Shown piece by piece: positions 25,326-32,000 of a stretch of DNA of 32,000 nt. Within the stretch, counting starts at the first letter, position 1, and each line of letters begins with the position of its first letter. The DNA is from Haloferax volcanii DS2 (GTDB lineage Archaea > Halobacteriota > Halobacteria > Halobacteriales > Haloferacaceae). The notes beneath the pieces are model-generated. The model was not told the DNA's origin. It did no database searches and saw nothing but the letters and a program-made list of their open reading frames with translations. The stretch covers positions 2,250,001 to 2,282,000 of the forward strand of contig NC_013967.1 of the NCBI RefSeq assembly GCF_000025685.1, given 5' to 3'. The translations under genes and the position numbers were made by a program.

Positions 25326-25978
25326 AGGCCCACCTCCGGGGAAAGCGAGTCGTCGTCGAGTCGCCCGAGCACGAGGTCCGGTCGAGCGTCCGCGACGTAG
25401 CCGTAGACCGCGGCCGTAATCGCGCCCTCGACGAACCCCAAGAGCGCGTGGCCGACGACCATTATCAGCACGGTCACGCTCAGCTCGTAAGCGAACGCCG
25501 ACGAGAGGCCGATGCCGACGCCGACGATCAGCGCCGAGACGGTAATCGCTCCCCACCCGGCGACGAACGCAGCGCCGGTTTCGTGAACCCCTCGGAGCGC
25601 CCGGAAGAGGGCGTACCCGACGAGGACGTCGACGACGGCCATCGCAAAGAGGTTCGCACCGAGCGCGATGATGCCGCCGTCGCCGAACACGAGCGCCTGT
25701 ATCGTCACGACGGCACTCATCGCGAGGACGCCGAGATACGGTCCGAGGAGGATACCCGCGAACGCCCCGCCGACGAAATGAGCGCTCGTCCCGCCCGGAA
25801 TCGGCCAGTTCAGCATCTGCGCGGCGAAGATACCTGCCGCAACGACGCCGAGAAGCGGCGTCCGTTCGTCACCGAGTTCGCCGCGGGCGCGTCTGACCGC
25901 GATACCGATTACGATGCCGGAGCCGAGCCAGAAGAGACCCGCCACCCAGGGGTCGAGGAAGCCGTCCGGAATGTGCAT
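25322..25978 (-). CDS. cbiM: Ni/Co ECF transporter substrate-capture component CbiM/NikM
   Basis: It starts MHIPDGFLD. The N-terminal Met-His-Ile-Pro-Asp-Gly is the metal-ligating signature of CbiM/NikM. It is a 218-aa polytopic protein. The track ORF's 90-aa upstream extension is rejected. Confidence 0.9.
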   Translation of the reverse strand: MHIPDGFLDPWVAGLFWLGSGIVIGIAVRRARGELGDERTPLLGVVAAGIFAAQMLNWPIPGGTSAHFVGGAFAGILLGPYLGVLAMSAVVTIQALVFGDGGIIALGANLFAMAVVDVLVGYALFRALRGVHETGAAFVAGWGAITVSALIVGVGIGLSSAFAYELSVTVLIMVVGHALLGFVEGAITAAVYGYVADARPDLVLGRLDDDSLSPEVGL

Positions 25979-25979
25979 T

Positions 25980-25999
25980 CGTATCACACGTGTGATTCG
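25980..25999. promoter_or_regulatory. 20-bp palindrome (14-bp perfect core ATCACACGTGTGAT), a candidate NikR operator at the cbiM transcription/translation start
   Basis: cgtATCACACGTGTGATtcg has a perfect core at 25983-25996 and one mismatched pair in the outer arms. It starts 2 nt upstream of the cbiM ATG. It lies between that ATG and an AT-rich TATA-like block (minus strand AAAGTATTATTG, ~26004-26018). Confidence 0.45.
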
Positions 26000-26105
26000 G
26001 TCAAGCAATAATACTTTTCTTCCAAATCGTAATACTGGCCGATATGGTGTCGATTCGAAAGCGTTACTGCCAACGACTAAACGGCTGCTGGGAAAAGTCA
26101 AGATT

Positions 26106-26522
26106 ATGAGCCAGGACGTCGACCGGATGAGCGTCACGCTCCCGCCGAGTCTGCTCTCCGAACTCGACGACGTGGTCGCCGCCGGCGAGTACGACAGCCG
26201 CTCGGAAGCGACCAGAGACGCGCTTCGCGCGTTCGTCACGGAGTTCAATCAGCAGACGGGGCTCTCCGGAAGTCTCAGCGGAACCGTAGTCGTCCTCTAC
26301 GAGCACGACCACAGCGGCGTGAGCGACGAGATGACCGAACTGCAACACGACTTCACCGAGACCATCATCGCGGTCCATCACGTCCATCTCGGCGACCACC
26401 TCTGTCTGGAATCCATCGCCGTCGACGGGACGGGCGAGCGAATCGAGGAGTTGCTCTCGCGAATTCGGCCGCTGAAGGGCGTCCATCAGGTCAGACTCGC
26501 CGTCGTCGAAGCGGACCGGTAG
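26106..26522 (+). CDS. nikR: Nickel-responsive transcriptional regulator NikR (ribbon-helix-helix plus ACT-like metal-binding domain)
   Basis: It begins MSQDVDRMSVTLPPSLLSELDDVV..YDSRSEATRDALRAF (RHH/CopG N-domain). The C-domain carries His/Cys ligand motifs (VLYEHDH, IAVHHVHLGDHLCLE). The alternative start at 26127 (MSVTLPP) would place AAGATTAT ~25 nt upstream, making the transcript leaderless. Confidence 0.88.
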   Translation: MSQDVDRMSVTLPPSLLSELDDVVAAGEYDSRSEATRDALRAFVTEFNQQTGLSGSLSGTVVVLYEHDHSGVSDEMTELQHDFTETIIAVHHVHLGDHLCLESIAVDGTGERIEELLSRIRPLKGVHQVRLAVVEADR

Positions 26523-26648
26523 CGGACGAGCCGCGAGCGTTTGTGACGCGTTGTGAGCGGTTTGTGACGACCGACCGGGCCGACCGGGAGTTCTTGGTTG
26601 GGACCCACCGACCCGGTCGAGAACCAAACGTGTTCGGCCCCGAAACGG

Positions 26649-29081
26649 TTAATCGTCCGCGACGGCGGTCGCCGCCGGCGTGTCCGGCGCCTCCGGTTCG
26701 GGGTTCGATTCGACCCGTTCGGACGCCGGCGTCCACGTCAGTTCCTCGTCGTAGTGGAACGCGCGGTGGTCCTGCGTCGGGTCGACGACCGTCAGCGAGA
26801 GCCAGTCGTTGTCGAGCAGTTCGGTCAGTTCCGCGTGGTCGGCCAGCACGTCGGTGACGCGGTCGACCGGCGCGTGGATAATCGTCGAGAGGCGGAGCGG
26901 CTGGTGGTACGGCGTGTCGTCGTCGGCCATCAGCGACTGGAGCGGGAGGCCGGTCATCAGGTCGCCGCCGTTGCCCTGATAGACGCCGACGTTGCCGACG
27001 GGGTTTTGGGTCACTTTCGACCCGCTGCCGTAGACGGCGTTGTCGACCGTCGAGAAGTAGTACTGCGCGTTAATCCACTGGGTGACGACCATCGGCCCCG
27101 TGAGAATCGCTTCGAGCGCGTCGCCGTCGGGGTCCGTCGCGTGGTCGTAGGAGTGGAGGAACGCGCGGCCGTCGAGGTCGAGGTCGCTCGTCAGTTCGCG
27201 GGGGCCGATGACGAAGCCGGCGTTGCCGGCCAGCCCCCATTCGGGACGCGTCTCGGCCCAGTCGGCGGCGCGGCGCTCCGTCTCGCTGACGGCCGCGGAG
27301 CCGCCGGCTCCCATCGTCTCGGCGCGCTCGGCGGCCGCGTGCTCGCGGGCGACCGCGAGGTCCGCGCGCAACTGGTCGAGGTCCTCGGCGTGGCTCTCGG
27401 GTACGTCGCCGTCGTACAGTTCGATTTCGTCGGTCGTCGTGTTGTGCTCGCCGGCGACGAACACCGTATCCTCGGGGATGCCGAACCCGCGGTCGCGGAG
27501 TTGGGCTTTGACCGTCTCGTCGTTACAGATGGCCGCGAGGACGCGGGCGTTCGGGCCGCCGGGGTGACCGGCGCAGGCCCCGCAGTCCAGACTCGAATCG
27601 TAGGGGTTGTTGGCCGTCTCGCTGGCGTGACCGGTGAACACGACGAGGCGACCGAACTCCTCCCAACCCATCAGCCCGAAGGCGTTCGCGGCGTACTCGA
27701 CTTTCTCGTCGTCGGTCAGCCCCACCGGGAGGTCGCCCGCGTACGAGTGCTGGTGGTGGATGACTTGGTCGCAGAACTCGCGGTCGTCGGGGACCGCGTC
27801 GTCAGCGGTTCCGAGCAGGTCGGAGACGCGACCGGGGACGAGCGTGCGGGCCGCGAGAGCCAGCCCGTATCCGCTCCCCGCGCTCTCGACGAAGCCGAAG
27901 GCGGTGGCGGGGTTGGTCTTCAGCGACTCGATGGCCTCGCCCGCGGCCTCGCGGAGGCGCGACCAACGGTCGCGGGTCGCCTCGGTGTCCCTGTCGGTCG
28001 GGACCTCGGTGACGCGGTGCTGCGGGTCGACAATCGGCGGGCAGGCGTCGACCGCTACCTCGGCGTCGTACCCCCGGTACTCCATCGGGATGCCGAAGAA
28101 GCCGGCGTAACCGTGGGTCTCGTAGTCGCCGGTCGCCTCGATGTGCCGGCGGATGACCTCCGAGCGCGTGTCGATACAGAACACCAGTTGCGCGTCCGGG
28201 CGGCCCGTGGCGTCGCTGGTGTCGAGCGCCTCGCTCTCGGCGGCGACGCGGTCGACAACCTCGTCGCGGTAGCTCGCCTCCCACGCGCTCAGGAACGCAT
28301 CGGCGAGTTCGTCGGCCGCCTCGGCCTCGTCGCTCTTCGACCCGGTCGACGGCGCGATGTCGACGCCGAACGCGTCGAGGAGCGCGAGGCGGGCCGCGAG
28401 GTAGCCGTCGAGCGAAATCGGGTGCGCGGACTGCCACTCGCCGCCGTCGGCGGCGCGTTGCTTGATGAAGCCGGTCCAGCCGGGGAGCGCGGCGAGCTGC
28501 TCCTCGAATATCGGCACCCATTGGCTTTCGGGATACGACGCGACCGCGGCCTCGATGGTCTCGACCGGCGACTCGGGCAGGTCGGAGACGATGCCGTCGT
28601 CGGGGATTTGGCCGTCGTACGCGGCCATCGACCGGAAGGCGTTGTAGAACCCGTCTTCGCGGTCCGGCATCGGCCAGTGGGCTTGACCCTCGTCGAGGAA
28701 CGCCGACAGCCACTTCGTCAGCACGCGGTCGACCCGCGCGGCGTCGGTCTCGACGTCGTCGCCCGCGCCCGCGGACTCGACGCCGGCGTCCATGCGCTCC
28801 AGTAGGGCTTCGGGGTCGCCGTCGTAGCCGCGGTCGGCCAGTTCCGCGTCGAGCGCCGCGGGGTCGATTTGCCCCCCTTCGAGGGCCGCTTCGAACGTCT
28901 CGGGACTCGGGTAGCCGCGGCCGCCGACGAGGTCCGCGGCCTGCGTGACCGCCTCGCTGAACGGCATATCTTCGAACCCCGAAAGCGGGTTGGCCGTGAC
29001 GAACGAGTGAACCGGCCAGACCGAGCCGACGGTCGTCGCGGCTTTGTCGATGCTGTCTTCGATGCTGTGTTCAGTACTCAT
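26649..29081 (-). CDS. dabA: DUF2309/UPF0753 family protein, DabA-like subunit of a putative DAB inorganic-carbon (CO2 to bicarbonate) pump
   Basis: 810 aa, the typical family length. It has beta-carbonic-anhydrase-like Zn-ligand motifs VFCIDTRSE (C-x-D-x-R, ~28169-28182) and FTGHASETANNPYDSSLDCGACAGH (~27564-27640). Its start overlaps the stop of the NuoL-like gene by 11 nt. Confidence 0.85.
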   Translation of the reverse strand: MSTEHSIEDSIDKAATTVGSVWPVHSFVTANPLSGFEDMPFSEAVTQAADLVGGRGYPSPETFEAALEGGQIDPAALDAELADRGYDGDPEALLERMDAGVESAGAGDDVETDAARVDRVLTKWLSAFLDEGQAHWPMPDREDGFYNAFRSMAAYDGQIPDDGIVSDLPESPVETIEAAVASYPESQWVPIFEEQLAALPGWTGFIKQRAADGGEWQSAHPISLDGYLAARLALLDAFGVDIAPSTGSKSDEAEAADELADAFLSAWEASYRDEVVDRVAAESEALDTSDATGRPDAQLVFCIDTRSEVIRRHIEATGDYETHGYAGFFGIPMEYRGYDAEVAVDACPPIVDPQHRVTEVPTDRDTEATRDRWSRLREAAGEAIESLKTNPATAFGFVESAGSGYGLALAARTLVPGRVSDLLGTADDAVPDDREFCDQVIHHQHSYAGDLPVGLTDDEKVEYAANAFGLMGWEEFGRLVVFTGHASETANNPYDSSLDCGACAGHPGGPNARVLAAICNDETVKAQLRDRGFGIPEDTVFVAGEHNTTTDEIELYDGDVPESHAEDLDQLRADLAVAREHAAAERAETMGAGGSAAVSETERRAADWAETRPEWGLAGNAGFVIGPRELTSDLDLDGRAFLHSYDHATDPDGDALEAILTGPMVVTQWINAQYYFSTVDNAVYGSGSKVTQNPVGNVGVYQGNGGDLMTGLPLQSLMADDDTPYHQPLRLSTIIHAPVDRVTDVLADHAELTELLDNDWLSLTVVDPTQDHRAFHYDEELTWTPASERVESNPEPEAPDTPAATAVADD

Positions 29082-30555
29082 TGTAGTCCTCCGTGGCGGT
29101 CAGCATGGTGCTGGACGCGGGCTGGCTCGCGTTCAACAGCGCGACGTAGAGACGCCGGCTGCGTTCGTGGACGCCGAGTTCTATCGCGACGTAAGTCACG
29201 AGGAAGACGCCGGCGACGAGCGCGTGGAGCGCGCTCAGCTCGGCGGGGGCCTCGACGACCGGCAGCCCGGACAGCACGCTCGAAATTCCCTGATAGACGA
29301 GGGCGTACACGGCGATGGCCGGCAGGAAGACCAGCGGCACCGCGCCGTAGCGGGCCGTCGCCGGGAGCGCGGCGCGCGCGACGACGTTGCGAGCCGCGTG
29401 CAGCGTGGTGAGCACGACGAACGCCACGAGCAGGAGCCCGCTGTCGAGGTGCGTGCCCTTCCCGGTGAGCGCCGCGAACAGCGCGCCGCCGGCCAGTCCG
29501 GTCGCCACGATGACCGCGGAACCAACGGCCCCGGTCTCGTGGTCCTCGTGGTCGGGCGGGGCGGTCCGTTCGACCGCGCCGCCCGCGCTGAGGAAGTGGT
29601 ACGCCTTGTAGAAGCCGTGCAGGATGAGGTGCGTGATGGCGGCTCCGAAGAAGCCGAGGCCGGCCTGCATAATCATGAAGCCCATCTGTCCGATGGTCGA
29701 ACAGCCGAGTTCGCTCTTGACGTCCGACTGGACGTTCTTGAGCAGCTTTCCGAGGAGGGCGCTCGTCGCGCCGACGGCCACGATGCCGAGCATGAGCGTG
29801 GCGTCGAGGGTCACGACCGGGGCGAACCGAAGCAGCAGGATGCCGCCCGCGTTGACGAACCCGGCGTGCATCAGCGCGGAGGCGGGCGTCGGGGCGGTCA
29901 TCGACGAGAGGAGCCAGCCGTGGAACGGGACGAGCGCGGACTGAATCATCGCCGCGAGGACGAGCGCGACGCAGGCCAGAAGCCACACCGGGCCACCGAG
30001 CCCGTTGGCGCTCGCGGCGATGCCGGAGACCGTCGTCGCGCCGGTCGACCACCACAGCGCCGCGAGCGCGACGCCGAGGAACGCGCTGCTTGCGAGGAAG
30101 TACCTGCGGGCGACGCTCGCGGCGGCCCGCGCCTGCGGCCAGCCGTCGATGATACCGATGAGTTTCGCCATGAGGAGTCCCATCGCCAGCCAGCACAGCC
30201 AGAACAGCGCGACGTTGTCGGCCGCGACGAGGGCCATCACGGCGACCGTGAAGCCGAACACGGCGGCGAAGAACTTCGTCTCGTGGACGGAGCCTGCCAT
30301 GTAGCGGCGCGAGTAGCTGTGGACGATACCGCTGAAGAACGTCACGACCACCCACAGCAGCACGGTCAGGCCGTCGACGGCGACGACGCCGGGGACCTCA
30401 CACGCGCCGCCGAGTCGGAGTCGGGCGAAGAGCACGGCGACGCTCGCGGCGAACAGCGCCCACACGAGCCGCGTTAGTGCGACGGGCGCGAACGGCGAAT
30501 CCGCCGTCGCGTCCGGGAGTGCTCCGACCGTCGGTTTCGGGCTGTGTCCTGACAT
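29071..30555 (-). CDS. dabB: NuoL/ND5/MnhA-like proton-conducting membrane subunit, DabB-like partner of DabA
   Basis: 494-aa polytopic protein with complex I antiporter-like motifs (SALVPFHGWLLSSMTAPTPASALMHAGFVNAGGILLLR, STIGQMGFMIMQAGLG, HLILHGFYKAYHFL). No other nuo/mnh genes are adjacent. It is translationally coupled to dabA. Confidence 0.85.
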   Translation of the reverse strand: MSGHSPKPTVGALPDATADSPFAPVALTRLVWALFAASVAVLFARLRLGGACEVPGVVAVDGLTVLLWVVVTFFSGIVHSYSRRYMAGSVHETKFFAAVFGFTVAVMALVAADNVALFWLCWLAMGLLMAKLIGIIDGWPQARAAASVARRYFLASSAFLGVALAALWWSTGATTVSGIAASANGLGGPVWLLACVALVLAAMIQSALVPFHGWLLSSMTAPTPASALMHAGFVNAGGILLLRFAPVVTLDATLMLGIVAVGATSALLGKLLKNVQSDVKSELGCSTIGQMGFMIMQAGLGFFGAAITHLILHGFYKAYHFLSAGGAVERTAPPDHEDHETGAVGSAVIVATGLAGGALFAALTGKGTHLDSGLLLVAFVVLTTLHAARNVVARAALPATARYGAVPLVFLPAIAVYALVYQGISSVLSGLPVVEAPAELSALHALVAGVFLVTYVAIELGVHERSRRLYVALLNASQPASSTMLTATEDYNEY

Positions 30556-30932
30556 CGTTCGGTTCGTCGTTGACCAGACCGGTCACCAAAACGCACTCGG
30601 CGTCCGATATTGGTCGTCCTTACGCCCATCCGAGAACAGATTGTCTATTAAATCTACCTACATTCACAAATCGTTCGTAAATTAGCCATTATAGAACATT
30701 AGGGTTTCGCGGGTACGGAGCGTCAAAGACTGTCGACTCTGACGAGCTAAACCCGCGTAGAACAGCTTGTTCGCGGCCTGAAGCACGATAACGCGGCGTG
30801 AGCGACCGAATCCGTGCGCCGGCCCGGTCGGTGTCGCCTCGCCGCGGCGACCGGCGACTGCGGTCGCTCGTCGGTCTCAGCGAGCGGTTCGTGAACGCTC
30901 CGTTCGTCGGAGGATATCGAGCGCGCGCCCGT

Positions 30933-31418
30933 TCAGGAGTCGTTCTCGGCGTGCCTCTCGGCATCGAACTCGCCGAACGGCGTCGTCTCGTGCGTGCGGA
31001 CGAGAACCTCGTCGGCGACGGTGACGCCCATGTCGAGGAGTTCCTGTGCGATGGCCGTGATGTCGTCGTCCGTCTCGCAGACGGCGGTCACGAGGAGGTT
31101 CTGTTCGCCGGTGACTAACTCCTGGACCGCCACGACGCCATCCATCTTCAGAATCTCGGGGACGAGTTCGCCCCGCTTGGGAATCGAAGCGGTGCAGTAC
31201 AGCAGCATTCGGAGCGGATAGCCCGACTTCTGATAGTCGACGCTCGCGCTGTATCCCTTGACCACGCCCTCGGATTCGAGCCGCTGGATGCGCTTGCGGA
31301 CGGTGCTGTCCGAGGTTCCCGTTCGCTTTGCGATGTCGCCGGACGACATGTTCCGGGCGTCCTCCTGGAGTGCGTACAGAATCGCCCTGTCGACGTCGTC
31401 GATATCCTCGCCGGACAT
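30933..31418 (-). CDS. lrp: Lrp/AsnC family transcriptional regulator
   Basis: 161 aa. It has an N-terminal HTH (DDVDRAILYALQEDARNMSSGDIAKRTGTSDSTVRKRIQRLESEGVVKGY) and a C-terminal RAM/AsnC_trans_reg-like domain. Confidence 0.9.
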   Translation of the reverse strand: MSGEDIDDVDRAILYALQEDARNMSSGDIAKRTGTSDSTVRKRIQRLESEGVVKGYSASVDYQKSGYPLRMLLYCTASIPKRGELVPEILKMDGVVAVQELVTGEQNLLVTAVCETDDDITAIAQELLDMGVTVADEVLVRTHETTPFGEFDAERHAENDS

Positions 31419-31830
31419 ACCACTCCCTCCGCGAGGAGGACACTTTAGCCTTTGATATCGCGCGACACCGCTCGCGACTCGCCCTCGGCGGCAGATTTAT
31501 TACCCAAACGATAGAATTAGTTACTATGATTGTTGTAAACTCTAACGCCGATACGTCCGTCGCTCACGAGCAGTCCGTTCGCCGCACGGCCACCTTCGCC
31601 GACATGGCCGCGACGATGCGCGGGTTCTGAGCCGTCTGCTACCGCTTCGATTCTCCGCTCGGTTCGCCCGACGGCGTCGTAACGTGACGGCGTTCCTGAG
31701 TTTTCGTGTTTCCTGACAACCCGTTTCACCGACCCGTTCGAACCGGCGCGAGACGCGTTTCTCGCCGGGAAAACGGATTTACCGTTGGGTGTCATATTCT
31801 ACCAAACTGGGCGACACCGCCCTGATAGCC

Positions 31831-32000
31831 ATGGCAGACAAACCACACCAGAACTTAGCCATCATCGGACACGTCGACCACGGGAAATCCACGCTCGTCG
31901 GCCGGCTCCTGTTCGAGACAGGTAGCGTCCCGGAACACATCATCGAACAGCACCGCGAGGAGGCGGCGTCCAAGGGGAAGTCGGGCTTCGAGTTCGCCTA
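31831..32000 (+). CDS. tef1a: Translation elongation factor aEF-1alpha; 5' part, running off the window
   Basis: The ATG at 31831 opens [56 protein letters not shown]. It contains the G1 motif GHVDHGKST. It is missing from the ORF track because no stop falls within the window. Confidence 0.93.
   Translation, partial: MADKPHQNLAIIGHVDHGKSTLVGRLLFETGSVPEHIIEQHREEAASKGKSGFEFA

Overview
This is a high-GC segment (GC judged by eye, not computed) encoding acidic proteins, typical of a haloarchaeal (class Halobacteria) chromosome. It is densely coding, with many 1-15 nt start/stop overlaps between adjacent genes. No rRNA, CRISPR array, transposase or integrase was seen.

Gene order, left to right:
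- radB (5' end cut by the window edge)
- a 4xCBS protein with an HPF/RaiA-like C-terminus
- a four-gene type IV pilus-like operon: PilB-type ATPase, PilC/FlaJ-type platform, and two giant paralogous proteins with prepilin-like N-termini
- a type II HAD dehalogenase and a small membrane protein
- a secreted, sequon-rich glycoprotein containing a (TQ)n coding microsatellite
- a lower-GC islet with a small CPxCG zinc-ribbon gene coupled to a small acidic protein gene
- tRNA-Val(CAC) followed by a degenerate copy of its own 3' end
- a small Arg-tailed protein
- a glutaredoxin gene coupled to a PduO-type cobalamin adenosyltransferase gene
- znuABC-like zinc uptake genes, then a 58-aa CPxCG zinc-finger ORF that is absent from the ORF track
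- the glycine cleavage operon gcvT-H-PA-PB
- a cbiMNQO-type Ni/Co ECF transporter divergent from nikR, with a near-perfect palindrome at the cbiM start
- a dabB-dabA (NuoL-like plus DUF2309) putative inorganic-carbon pump
- an Lrp/AsnC regulator
- the 5' end of aEF-1alpha

The most interesting items are the pilus-like operon whose only pilin-like products are 576-723 aa multidomain proteins, the CBS-HPF fusion, the archaeal DabBA pair, the tRNA-Val att-like duplication, and the unlisted zinc-finger micro-protein downstream of the zinc transporter.

Most long Arg/Gly/Asp-rich ORFs in the track are antisense or off-frame shadows of real genes, and I rejected them.
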